From contig MU054323.1 in the NCBI GenBank assembly GCA_013239625.1, forward strand, positions 19,675,082 to 19,739,081: a stretch of DNA of 64,000 nucleotides, in the 5' to 3' direction. Source of the stretch: Lama guanicoe. Its lineage: Eukaryota. Both the position numbers and the translations under genes were made by a program. The notes under the pieces are model-generated. The model saw only the letters and a program-made list of their open reading frames with translations. It did no database searches and had not been told where the DNA came from. This document shows, in pieces, positions 11,546-23,949 of the stretch (within the stretch, counting starts at the first letter, position 1; every line of letters begins with the position of its first letter).

Positions 11546-12574
11546 CAGGAAATGATACTCTGACCTCCGCCCCAACATTGGCTGACAGAATGACCTGCAA
11601 CGAGGCTCTGAATCCTAGGCTAGAGAGGGCAAAAAGAGAGAGGAGATGGGGTAGAGGGGAGGGGACCAGAAAACAGAGGTGAGGAGAGCACTTCTCTAAG
11701 GAAATTTCATTGTCTAGGAAAACAGGAACAGCAGGGGTTGCTGTTGGGACCCCAGTACGGAAGGCTCCAGCTTCCCAGCGCTTCAGAAACCCACAGCACG
11801 ATGGCCAGCATCACCCCCAGCCTTCACACTCACTCTGACCAAAGCTGCCAGTGACCCCCGTGACCCCCGCCGTAAACATAGAACCCCCAAGCATACTTCT
11901 TTGCCCTTCGTTTTCACATGTGAACAACTACCAAAGAGCCCCTGATCCTGAGGAAAGCCTGCAACATGAAAGAAAGCTGTGGAGAGCTAGGGCCTCATCC
12001 ATCACCACCAGAAGTCAGAAGATAATGCCTGAAGTTGATAAATCAAGGGAGAAGCATCTAAGCACATTATTTAGATACGATTTAGAACTAAAAGCAGAAA
12101 CAGATAAAAGTGAATGTCTCTCAGTAGCAGAACAGGAGGCAGGGGTGTGGGGTGGGAAGAGCAGGAGACCGTTGTTTTTCATTATAAGCCCTTCAACGCT
12201 ATTTGGTTTGAGTTTTTTTTAACTTTTCAAATATTTTTAAGAAAAGGTCACACTGTAGAGCTATTGCCATAAAAGGAACCATAAAAATAACTCATTGTGA
12301 TGTCATGTTAATATTTTGTTCCTTGAGTTTTAGTTTTTGTTCTTGATTTTTTTTTTAAAACAACCACTGCCCATGGAGATTCTCTAGCAGTTAGTCCCTG
12401 TATGTCCGTATTAGGTAGTATCTTACCTTATGTTGTAGGAAATTGATACAGAGAAGGAACCAGATAACATTACCCCTAAGTAATTTAGTGGAGGGTTTTC
12501 TTTTTTGTTTGCCAATTCAACCAAGGAGAAATAAGAAATTAAGATCTAAAAGATCAGCTCAAAGTCTCCCATCA

Positions 12575-13200
12575 CCTCCAGTATTTCTTGAGCACATACT
12601 ATGGGCTAGTCCATGTTCTAGATGCTGGAGATGCAGTAGTGAACAGGATGGACAAGGTACTATCCTGGAACTAACACTCTAGTGGGAGATGGAGGACAAA
12701 ATACAGACAAAGAAACAAAACAGATAAATAAATGGGGGTAACATTAGATAGTGCCAAGAGCTATGCAGAGGATTGAAATGGTTTGGAGATAGACAGTGGC
12801 TGAGTAGGTACCCTAATGCAGATGATCAGAGATGGCCTACTTGAAGGATGACATTTAAGCTGAAGTTTGAAATGAAAAGAAGGAATCAGCCTATAAGGAT
12901 ATGAGGGGCTGGGGGAGGGAAAGGAAGGGCAGCATTCCAAGTAGAAAAGCTCTAAGTGGGAGGGGAGACATATATATGTGTTCTAAGAACAGAAAGAAGG
13001 GCATAATGGCTGACCTTGGTACATAAGAGAGGATGAGAAGAAATAATGGGATGAGGTAGGAGATGCAGGTACCAGATCATGTTGAGTTTTTAAGCCATAG
13101 TAAGGAATTTGGATTTTATTATAAACATAAAAGAAAGCCTTTCAAGACATTTAAGCAAGAGAGGGTCTTGATCTGATCTAGGTTTTCAAACTACTTCCTA
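12575..13200 (-). mobile_element. L2 LINE fragment
   Basis: 'tatttcttgagcacatactatg...ctagatgctggagatgcagtagtgaacagg...gacatttaagctga...ggaatttggattttatt'. Confidence 0.85.
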
Positions 13201-13584
13201 CCTGGGATGGTTGGAGGCCAGTTTTTTCATGTCTTTAGTTATCAAGCAAATAATGAAGTTACGGTGAACTCAAATCAAATTAGCACAACCTCTCTTAGGA
13301 AAACAGGTTTTTGTTCATTTATTTATTCATTCTAAACTATTTATTGAACATTTGCTACCTGCCCAGCCCTATGCTGGATGTTAGAGATATACAAGTCCTT
13401 GTCAAAAGGAGACTGTGTGAAAGACTGGCATGGAAGAGTATCACTGAATCAAATACTCAGCGACGATGAGATCTGGGGTAAGAAACTGCAAGATTTTCTT
13501 TCTACAAGAAAGTTGTCAGGCCACCTGGATTTTATAGGAGCCAAAAAAGTACATCTTCCTTCTCCCAACCTCAGGTGGAAGCAT

Positions 13585-14032
13585 GGAAAGCTTGCAAAGA
13601 TGGCCTCCCTCTGTCCATGCCCTTTGATGTGCCCTCCTGCCCTGACTCTGAGCTGGCCTTGTGACTTACTTTGGCTGATGGGACAATAGCAAGCAAAATC
13701 TAAACAGAGACTTGAAATGCACTTGTGCGTTGGGGCTTTCTTGCTCTCGCTTGCTGTTCTTGGGGAACTTGCAACCACCACAATGTGAACAAACCCAGGT
13801 CAGCCTGCTGAACAATGAGAAACATGAGACCAAGTGTTCTTTGTCGCTTCAGATGACCTAGAACCAACCACCAAACATGAATGTGAGGCTACCCTAGGCT
13901 ATCTACTCCCAGTCAGGATAGTCCAGACCAGACAGTATGCCTAGCCTACCTACAGAATAGTAAGAAAGAACACTGCTATTTTAAGGCAGTATGCTTTAGT
14001 AGTTTGTTACACAGCAAAAGCTAACTGATACA
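13585..14032 (+). mobile_element. MaLR LTR (MLT1G/H-like)
   Basis: 'gcaaagatggcc...ggccttgtgacttactttggc...tttgttacacagcaaaagctaactgataca'. Confidence 0.75.
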
Positions 14033-14199
14033 GGAATGCAGAAAAATCAATGTACTTCTCACAAAGGAAAGATCTTTAAGTCATATACTTCAGCCTAATG
14101 TCTGTCTCCTTCTTATCAATGATTTCTAAATAGTATCCATCTTTTTCTGCCTAATATCTCATACATCTATTTATTCTCCCTTTTGACACTCACCTACCT

Positions 14200-14612
14200 T
14201 AGCGGAAGAAAACATAGTGGCCCTGGCCAAGATGACAGCTGACCCTATCAGAGATATGCACAAAGGGATCTTAATAGATGACAATGAAGACAATGAAACC
14301 CAACGTCACTTTGGTTGCACAGCAAATAACAAGGTGGGACTGACAAGAGTGTAACAAGGCAGACACCAGGGGGAAAACACTCTGAGAAGCTTTGCTCTGA
14401 ACTCTGCCCTATGCAAGAACTCTTCACTCAGCCAAGGGATCTAAAACTCAATGGAGAGTCCATGAGCTCAGTAAGAAAGAGTTTACAGCTTCCTTCCTCA
14501 AAAGCCTCCAAGATAAACAGAATAAACACCAGTTGGTCTCAGCTGGTCACACGTTGGCCTGCCTGGAGGAGGGGGATGCCAAAGATAGCTTCTTGAGGTT
14601 GCTTTCAGCCAT
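14200..14612 (+). mobile_element. Degenerate L3/CR1 fragment
   Basis: 'gggatcttaatagatgacaa...tctgccct' and 3'-end-like 'gatagcttcttgaggttgctttcagcc'. Confidence 0.45.
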
Positions 14613-15464
14613 GCATTTATAGGAAATAGACAATTATGAACAACATGGATTTTATTATCGTGACATTGCTAAGGTCTCTGCATAAAGCCTATATTTAAAA
14701 ATATAAACATGTAAGTGAAAAAAAATGTCAGGGGAATAAATATTTGTCTTAAAAGAGACCATCTGTTTCAAATTTTTATTTTAGAAAAAAAACCCAACAT
14801 GTGTTTTATTTTAAATTTGTATGTGTGTTGTTATCCTTGGGTTAAGTATTAGGTAAATAGACAGAAGCATTGAGAATCCATTTTCCAGCAAATTTTGGTT
14901 AGAAATCCTTGCACACGTGACGCGGGAGATAATTTGGGGGCTAATTGGAGCTTTGTGGGCAGCCAGCTCCTTGCAGCCCTCTCCCCAACTCAGTCCCTGT
15001 GTGATGAGGACGAGGAGCTCTCTGGCACTGATGTTTGTCTTGGACAAGATGGCATTTTATACCTCTGCTGACATGACACATTGCAGGCTGTTCCCAGGCC
15101 AGCCAGCTCCCAATTGCAGGTGTGGCCAGTGTAGCAGGACCACAGAGCCCACTTTTGTTTGGGCCTGAGATGCAGCCTCAAAGCTCAGTTTGAATGCAAA
15201 ACCCCTTTGGTAGTTGTAACCAGGCTGGCTGGGGTGAGGCTGGGGTGTCAAACATCACTTTGCAGAGACAACCATGATCCGGTCTTGATGGACGAATAAG
15301 GGAGAAGCACAGGAGAGGTCATTTCAGAAAGGGTGTGCAGCAAGGAATCTTGAAGGGGTCTATTTTGAGAAATGGCATCCATTTGGGGTGCTGCAGAGTA
15401 GGGAGTGGCTGAAGATGAAGCTGGAGTGGTGCTGGGAACAGTGGACAACTTTCACTTTTTGTCT

Positions 15465-15890
15465 GTTCTTCTTCTTCCTGTTAGGAGCTGCCCCTTCCCC
15501 CATGCATTCCAGGTGACTCTGGTGGGGCTGTCAAGATGTTCATTCAGAACACAGCACCCCCCTGGACACAGCCATTGGTCCAGGAGTGGTCATATGACCT
15601 GGTTAGAGCCACATGAATTTTTGGTTTGGTTTGTACTAATAGGGATCTGAGGAAAAGAGCTTCCTCCTTTCTGTTAAGATTATGGGCTAAAAGAACCCAG
15701 GAAGGCATCTTGTGGAGAGTTCTTGTTTATGAATTAAGACCAGTACAGTGAAATGCAGAGAGGAGAGCGAGAAAGACAATCGACATCATTTGGGTCCAAC
15801 CACATCTAACCAGGGTGTTTCCACTTTTACGAAAGCTGGTCAGAGTTGGGTTTCTGTCTCTTGCAACAAAGGAATTATTGGCTAGTACAG
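15465..15890 (+). mobile_element. Old MaLR/ERVL LTR (MLT1K-like)
   Basis: 'cattggtccaggagtggtcatatgacc...gagttgggtttctgtctcttgcaac...ctagtaca'. Confidence 0.65.
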
Positions 15891-15974
15891 TTGGAGTTGG
15901 AAGCCAAAATTAAACCTGCAACAAGAAGCAGACAACCCTACCTGACACAGGCAAGAGTCCAGCAGTTCCCTTGG

Positions 15975-16435
15975 CTAGAGAGAGCTAGCTGCCCACCAAA
16001 GCACACGCTCCCACTCCATCCTGGAGGGTTGTTACTGGGAAACGGATGCCCGACGAGGGATCACAGTCCCTGGTCCCCACTCCCTGGCTTGTACTCAGCT
16101 GTGGTACAAGACGAATTCTCACCAGCGGAATATAGACAGAAGTGATATGGATCATTTCCAGAACAAGACTTTCAAAAAGCGGCCCTGCCTTCTACACTCT
16201 CTTTACCCTTCTGCTGGGATAGGGAGGGTGATGAGAGGCCCTGGAGAATGATGGAAGCACAACATGGAGGGAGCCTGTATTCCTGAAACATCACACTGAG
16301 GACAGCCACCACCAAAAAGGAGCTCCTGATCTGGACAGCTCATGTTAGCAAGAAATAAATTCCTTCGGAGTCTGAGTCACTATGCAGTTTGGAGATCTAG
16401 TTGTTACAGCAGCTGGGGTTACCCTAATTAGTACA
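15975..16435 (+). mobile_element. ERVL LTR (LTR16-like)
   Basis: 'ctagctgcccaccaaa...gatggaagcacaacatggagggagcctg...gttgttacagcagctgg...ccctaattagtaca'. Confidence 0.65.
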
Positions 16436-17856
16436 TCCCTTAAGTCAGCCACCTATGGCTTTGCTCCCCAATGCCAGAATTACTCAGATCAGTGACTCTT
16501 GCTGGTGAAGTCCATCACAAAAATCTGTTAGTTTCATGTACTTATGGAGCACCTACTACATACCAGGCTGTGTACTAGCTGTTTAAGGTGACAATGATAA
16601 ATTAAATATGCCACATATCATTAACTCTAAGTCATCATCAACTGTGAGACATACCATTACTGTATGTACCACTAAAAAGTAAGTACATACCACAGAGAAA
16701 AGATAATGCTAATTAAACTATGACATGCCATGAAAAGCAATCCTAATTTCAGAAATGCAAAAATGTTGGGGAGGGGGGATATGTATCTTAAAACTAACGA
16801 CATAAAGTATTTCTTACCTTCAAGAAGCTGAAGGTCTTGTGGGAGAGCAGATAAGCAAATAGATACGTACCATATAATACAAATGTATTAACAAGTATGT
16901 AGACTGTTCAGCTGGAATCCAGAGAAAGAAGTAATTGACCCAGCCATAGAAATGGGAAAATCTTCACCAAGATGACATTTGAGCTGAATCTGGAAAGAGG
17001 AAGAGGGGAAGCACTTGCCAGGAGACATTCTCCCCGGGGCTGGGAGGGCCAGCAGGTCTTTTAGATGCCTTCTCCAAACCTGCAGAGAGGCTTTCATGAA
17101 CCTCCAGGGACGGCGATGGCTTAGCAGAATCTCAAAATACTGCAGCAGCGAATTCCAACCAGACAGCTTCATTTTCTGAGTAAATGGAGGCTGATGTTTC
17201 AGGTGCCAAGGCATAATTTTAACTGGATTTTTTTTTTTTTTTAGTGGAAAACCTTCCAGAATGTACCATAGTAAACCCTCGGCATCTGCAAGAGGTCCAT
17301 CAGGGGGTCTTGGTGCATCTCCAAATTCACAAATACAGCTAAGCCCGGACAGACGCCTGGCTGGCTCAAGAATCACATTTAGATGAAAAGCCACAGGTAT
17401 CCTGTGTACAGCCTCGCAGCACACATCACCCTCCCTTTCCACCGACTCTACAGCTTTGCCTCTTGCTTGATGAGCAATTATATGTAACCGGTATATTGAC
17501 CACGCATGACTTATGATGTAATCAAAGCACAGTTTTATTTTCGTCTCTCATTATCCCTTTAAACCTGATTCCATGTGGGCAGTCTTCCTCTACCACGAAA
17601 TAAAAACTCCTTGTAGGTCCATGACTTTTTAGCTAAGGCCTGGGTGGCTGACACACTAAGTCACTCGAAGTGACAGACACAGGCCTGACTCAATAAACTG
17701 AATGCTCATTTCTGTATAATAACTAAACTTGACTTAAGAGCATGCCTTCCTCCCTCCCCTCACCGCAGCTCCACTTTGCTTTAGGCTGAAAGCCTTTGGT
17801 GGGAAGGGTGAGAGTGGGGTGGTTAGTCTCCATCTGTCTGGTGTGTCTTTTACTAA

Positions 17857-17859
<3 letters not shown>

Positions 17860-17887
<28 letters not shown>
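17860..17887 (+). repeat. (CA)n microsatellite
   Basis: Direct reading. Confidence 0.97.
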
Positions 17888-18116
17888 TGAGGGGAGAGAG
17901 TCAGAGCACTGTAACAGCTCCCTCCAGAGAAAACTCCTTGCTCTTCTATTCTTTCTCCACTGCCTCAGCCATTTTATATTCTCAAGATGAACAAGGTGAT
18001 GTCAAGAATTCAGTTTCCTTCGTACATTCTGTCAGTGGTGATCTACATGATTTTATATCTGCTGTACCTTGAAATCCCGTCAAATTTTAATTTTTGACAT
18101 GCTCCAGAATGTATCA

Positions 18117-18513
18117 TCATTATGGACTGAATATATCCCCCCAGATTCATATGTTGAAGCCCTAGCCCCCCTTTCCCTACAATGTGATGGTATTTGGAGG
18201 TGGGGCCTTTGGGAGATAATTAGGAATAGATGAGGTCATGAGGGTGGGGCTCGTATGATGGGATTAGTGCCCTTGTAAGAAGAGGAAGAGTTCTCTCAAT
18301 CTCTTCCTCTATCTTTCTCTCTCCCTCTGTTATGTGAGGACACAGCAAGAAGGCAGCCATCTACAAGCCAGAAGAGAGTTCTCACGTGAACCCAACCATG
18401 CAGGCATCCTGATCCTGGCCTTCCAGCCCCAGAGCGATGGGAAACTTAATTTCTGTTGTTTACACCTCCCAGTCTGTGGTATTTTGTTATGGCAGCCCGA
18501 GCTGACTAACGCA
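18117..18513 (+). mobile_element. MaLR solo LTR (MLT1A-like)
   Basis: 'tatggactgaat...gggattagtgcccttgtaagaagagg...ttgttatggcagcccgagctgactaa'. Confidence 0.9.
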
Positions 18514-18862
18514 GTAACTAACCAGAGCACTCATTGAAATAGTTTTCCCGATAGCTTTCTCTAGTCTAGTTTCAGCATTGGGCACATAGTAGGCACTCAG
18601 AAATATTTGTTAAAGGAATGAATGAGTGACTGGAGAGCAGAACAGAATCACTCACTTCAAGTGTCCAAGCCACTGCAGAATGCCACATTCCCTTCTGTGT
18701 GTGTGTGATCTTTATTTTTCAAATAAAGCAAGAAATACACGAACACATTCTTGTGTATGTATGTTTGTGTGTATGTTAAACAACACATAAGTAGATACAG
18801 AAAAAAGTAAAGTTCCCTTTCATCAGTCTTCTCCCTAGCCCATCACACTTGCCTACTAAGAG

Positions 18863-18864
<2 letters not shown>

Positions 18865-18905
<41 letters not shown>
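18865..18905 (+). repeat. (CA)n microsatellite
   Basis: Direct reading. Confidence 0.97.
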
Positions 18906-18908
<3 letters not shown>

Positions 18909-19108
18909 TTAGTATCACCTGTTCCTTACAGACCTACATGTCTGGAGACCTGCATCACATGGTTTCATGCCATTCATGCCATGTGCAACGTGTACTTTCT
19001 CTTCTAACTAGCAGACCTCTCTATGCCAGTACGTTCCTCATCCTTCTAAGTGTTGCTTCATATTCCATCACAGAGCCCTACCTAGGAACTGGCATTTCAG
19101 GTATTTCT

Positions 19109-19265
19109 GTTTGTTTGTTTTGTTTTGTTTTTTGCTTTTTGGGGGGAGGAGTAGGGAATTAGGTTCGTTTATACATATTTTTTCCCAATGGCAGTACTGG
19201 GGAATGAACCCAGGACTTCATGCACGCTAAGCACATGCTCTACCACTGAGCTATACCCTATGTCT
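19109..19265 (-). mobile_element. Camelid tRNA-derived SINE, long form
   Basis: 'gtactggggaatgaacccaggac...ctctaccactgagctataccc'; TSD catttca(g/a)gtatttct at 19093-19108 and 19266-19281. Confidence 0.88.
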
Positions 19266-19439
19266 CATTTCAAGTATTTCTATATTTCCCTCGTGTTGCA
19301 AAATACCTCCTTCCACATGCCTCTTTGGGCCCACGTGCAAGTGCTCACCGGGGTTAGATGATTTGCACATTAAAAGCTCTGCTTGCCTCTGCCTCCGCAT
19401 TGCTGTCCTAAGGGTGGGGTTTGCATTCCACGCCACCAA

Positions 19440-20051
19440 AAAAATTCCCCTCACCCAGGCAACATGGAAGATTTTAAACAGTCCCAAATTTCTATCAATC
19501 TGGTATTAGAAAAACATCTCACTGATAACTTCTAGTTCTCTGATTACTAGTCAAGTTTGTGGTCTTTCTGATTTTTTACTACAAACTGCCTATTCACATT
19601 TTGTATGTATTTTGGGGTTGTTTTTTAATTGATACTTTATAAAAACTCTATTTTGTGGTTATTAACCCTTTGTCTGTACATATGTTATAAATACACTCTC
19701 CCAGGCTGTCATTTGTTTTTTGATTTTGTTTATGGTATCTTTTTTGTGTAGGTTTTGATGTTTATGCAAATATAACAAATGTCTCCTTTGTGGTTTCCTT
19801 TGTTACTTCTGAAGTTAATAAAATATTCATTTATATTTTCTTCAGATACTTTGAAGGTCTTTTTGTGTTGTTTTGTTTTGGGGGTAGTTTGGCTCTTTAT
19901 TACATCTAGGATAAATTTATATATGTGGGAGAAAAAAGGGAAACCAATTTTTTTCCCTAAATATTTTATGGTGCCAATCTCACTTATTGAATAATCTACC
20001 CTTTCTTCCCTCTTATTGGCAATGCCACATTTATCACGTACCAAATTACCA

Positions 20052-20052
<1 letters not shown>
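19440..20052 (-). mobile_element. Old L1M fragment
   Basis: T-rich decayed L1: 'ctctgattactagt...aactgcctattcac...cacttattgaataatct'. Confidence 0.65.

Positions 20053-20053
<1 letters not shown>

Positions 20054-20085
<32 letters not shown>
20054..20085 (+). repeat. (TG)n microsatellite
   Basis: Direct reading. Confidence 0.97.
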
Positions 20086-20086
<1 letters not shown>

Positions 20087-22649
20087 TATTTCACTCTAAC
20101 TTATCCAAAATATCTCTTGTCCTAAACTTCAATTCTTCCCCTAGCAACAGGAGTTGGCTTTGGGGGAGGATCTACTTCTCAGATAAACATACACATAAAA
20201 GATTCCTTTCACTTCCACGGTGGAAAACAACACAAATGCTACAGACCATTAATAAGAGGCTCTCTCCCCACTGCAGGTTTGCACTGTCAGCAAATCCAAT
20301 GCATATCTCAGCAAATATCAAATTCTTACACTTGAGGGAGCATGCAAGCTTCAGACACAGCTGTTCCATCCACTGGCATACTCGGTCACTATTATACTCA
20401 GTCCCTAGAGCACGTTAGATCATGGTCAATGTTGGTTGACCTGGAGTGGACCCGGGCCTAGACTCTCCTTAAAGCTTGGACCGTTGATGCCTGTCTAGAC
20501 CGATTCTGGAAGATGGGATCTATGTCAGTGGGATTCAACGCCTGGCTGTGAAAAGCGTCCAGATAAGTCCACAGGAGGGGTATGTTCCGGAATCATTTCT
20601 TTCTATTTTGTTTCCTAATGATCCTTTGGGCATCCTGGATGCCAAACCCAGCCTCCCCTGTCCCCATGCAGAGCAAAAAGACAATCATTCTTGTGTGCAG
20701 AGATGACATTTTATTACCTCAAATTGTAGGTGACCCGAAAATAAATTTGCCATGCTAGCCAATTATTTTCAGAGAGAAAGCCCACAGATCAACTGTCTTA
20801 AAACAAAGAATGTTATCTCTCAGAGGCATTCCGCATTAGAACTGATTTATAAATAACGATCCAGTACGAGTTACTTCATTTAGTTACCTTGGCACTGATG
20901 GAGAGTTTGTCTTGGATAGGATCCTGACAGTAGCATTGCCCAAAGCCAGGCATTCTCTGGTGCTTTGCCAAGGTTTTATTTGGCAGTGGCAAGGGTCTGG
21001 TTATACCGATCTTAAACGTTCTTGGCCATGGGCGTTACTCCAGCCATGTTAAATGAAGTAGGCTTTGGGGGCCCAGTTGCTCACTCATTTATGTTCTGGA
21101 ATGGACTCAAGGCAACTTCAGGAGAGTTCTGGTCTCACTGGTGGGTAGTGATGGGAGGGCTCAGCTTTCCAAAGTGATGCCAACCTCACCCCAGCTTGAC
21201 AGTCAGTTAAGATGTGGATCAGCACTCAGAGGGTATAAACAGCCCTGCCTGAAAAGGTCCAGCTATAACGTACAGTTTGAATGTCCTGCCACTAAATATT
21301 TACTTAAAAGCCTTTGCTGAGAAATAACACTATTCAGAGAGGATTGCTTGAAGTATAAGCAGTTCATCCACTCTTTCAGATTTCCTAGCCCCAGTCCCTG
21401 GATCCCGGCAGCGCAACTGAAACACGGGTACCTGGAGTGCATCACACTGGCCCTGTCAGAACTGCTTTTGCTGAACTGATTTTGGTGTGATGCCACACCA
21501 GCATTTTTTAATGTAATTACAAGAAACAGTCCCATGAAAAGCATTATTACATTTGGAGTAAGAAGGCTGTTGAAGACATTGTTCATTATATCACACAGTG
21601 TTTTCATTAAGTGTCCTCAGGGGTAACTCTATCTGAATTTAGTACCAAAAATAGTAATGTTTTCTCCGGGGCAACTGGTTTATTTATCCGTGGCATGATT
21701 TTCTAGAGGGTGAGGGACAGTAGGACAAAAATCAGTTAATTAGTGTTCCATGAAAAAGGGATTCCATAGTCAAAAAAAAAAAAAGTAAAAATTTCTAGGG
21801 CAAACCCAATTTTTTTGTTTGTTTTTACAAGACTTCTCTGAGTCATCACTATGCCAATGTGCATTACACATACAGTGTGACAGCATAACATTTATGTACT
21901 TGGTGACTGGGGATGTTTATACCAGGCCAATTTTTATGTTGGTTCCTAGCCATAGAGCTGATGTAGGTACTGACACACCAAAACTGTGTCAATTTCTCTT
22001 CTCTTCCCCACCCTGAGACTCAGGATTGCACTGACCAGCCCCCCTGCAGCCTGGCACTGAGACCTCAGAGGACCTGAAATGTGATGATGACTGCCGGGTC
22101 TTCTCTCTTGCTCCCTCTCCCCTTGACCCCCGCCACCCAGCTCTACCCTCACCCAGGCACCCAGACTTGGGAGCAATGTCTGCGTCTTTAGCTGCTCCGC
22201 TACTGACCGAGGGGGCAGCTGTTTCTCTCCACCCTTGCAGACTGGTTTTGCTCACATGTCACAAAATGTCTGCTCCTGCCCCAGCCCCCAGGGCTCTGAC
22301 TTCTCAGGGTGTCTCCATTTCTTTCTTTTCTCTTTTGTCACCTGGTTATTTCTGGCAGCTTTTACAGGACTTTGAGCGAAAATGCTGGCATGTGTAGACA
22401 TCATTAGGGACTCAAGATTCTGCTTTCTTTTCATCTAAGGAATAGACTAATCAGAGGGTATAATTTCCTCTTGGAAGGTTTCTCTTTAAAAAAAAAAAAA
22501 AACTGTGTTCATTGGTTATTGCAGCTCCAAGAGTGCCATGCTGCCAACGATAAGGTTGTCTATTCCCATCACCACCACTGCTACCACCCCACCAATCTTC
22601 TGGATCCAAGGCTAAGGGAATGCCTTAAGATTCTAGAAAACTACCTTCT

Positions 22650-23140
22650 GATTATGGCAAAAACTATTACTTATCAGTTCCCCTCTTCCTTAGCAAAAGA
22701 TGCCTCAATTTTTAGCTGGCATCTGTCCACCCAGAATAAATACTACACTTCCCAGCCACCTTTGCAACTAGAAATAAATATGTGACTAAATTCCAATCAG
22801 TGAGACATAAATGGAAGTGGCATTTAAAACTGCTAGGAAGTACCCTTAAAGGTTTGTCTTTCTTACTGTATCTCTTCTTTCTGCTGGTGGAAATGCAATG
22901 TGATGGCTAGAGCTCTTGTAGCCATTTTAAATCATGAGGCAGCACACCAAGAATGACAGAGCAGCAAAATGCAAGGAGCCTAAGTCCCTGATGATTGCAG
23001 ACCCACCAGACAGCCCTAGAGTCCCTAACTCTGGATCCTCTTATATGAGTGAGAAATATGCGCCTAGTTTGAGCCTTTGTAATCTGGGGGGCGGGAGCAG
23101 CAGTTTGTGACTCACAGCCATACTTCATCCTAATTAAAAC
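22650..23140 (+). mobile_element. ERVL LTR (LTR16/LTR33-like)
   Basis: 'actacacttcccagccacctttgcaactag...tgtgactaaattcc...gcagcaaaatgcaaggagcctaagtccctgatga'. Confidence 0.7.
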
Positions 23141-23344
23141 ACTTGCTAACTGGAGATTTTCTGGAATAGGAAAGAGCCTAGATCTCATAGCCTAAGCCTG
23201 GGTTTCACAGTCTGAGGTTGAAGGCACCCTCAAGAGGGAACTTTCCATTGTCAAAAACAGAGAATATAGAACAGAGAGTGAGAAGTAAAGCCACCAGGAC
23301 CAGGAGGTAACCGACAAGAGATGCACAAACTGGAGGACTCTGTT

Positions 23345-23498
23345 CCTCCCAGTAGTTTCTGAATCAGCACCATCAGGGTCTCTTGGGAGTTTGTTATGCA
23401 GAGTCTCACGCCCACCCCAGACCTACTGAATCAGAATCTTCATTTTAACAAGTTCCCCAAGTAATTCATAGGTACTTTGAAATGTGAGAAGCACTGCC
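23345..23498. mobile_element. MER5A hAT MITE
   Basis: 'ccccagacctactgaatcagaatct...ttttaacaag...tgagaagcactg'. Confidence 0.85.
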
Positions 23499-23684
23499 TT
23501 ACAGGGGGCTTTAAGAACACATACAGGCCACAGTTAAGGCCACCATTCCTGTTTATCACAAGGAGCTGCAACTAGGCAGAAATTATTTTGGAATATATGA
23601 TCTCATTAGAAAAACTCCTACTACTCAGCAGAGACACAGTCTGGCCACCCCAGGGTGTGGGTAGGGGGAAAAAAGAGTTAATGA

Positions 23685-23829
23685 GGAGGGAGGGTACAGC
23701 TCAAGTGGCAGAGCGTATGCTCAGCATGTGCGAGGTCCTGGGTTCAAGCCCCAGTCCCTCCTCTAAAAATAAACAAACCTAATCACCTCCCCAGCACACC
23801 AGAATAAAATAATTAAATAATACAATAAT
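23685..23829 (+). mobile_element. Camelid tRNA-derived SINE, long form
   Basis: 'gggagggtacagctcaagtggcagagcg...ggttcaagccccag'; TSD AAAGAGTTAATGA at 23672-23684 and 23830-23842. Confidence 0.92.
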
Positions 23830-23949
23830 AAAGAGTTAATGAAACAAACTGGAGCACTTAGTCTGTATGTGCTAGTATAAAACCCAAATTCTCACACTTC
23901 TTACCAGGAGAAAACCCCAAAACCAACAAAATAAAGTAAAACTGGTCTA

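Noticed and set aside
14203..14333. Apparent coding exon (EENIVALAKMTADPIRDMHKG...)
   Set aside because: Weak donor (gtggga) and the sequence resembles a decayed L3/CR1 fragment.
17245..17396. Exon after a poly-T/AG acceptor
   Set aside because: Stops in all three plus-strand frames and a weak donor (gtatcc); a non-coding exon cannot be excluded.
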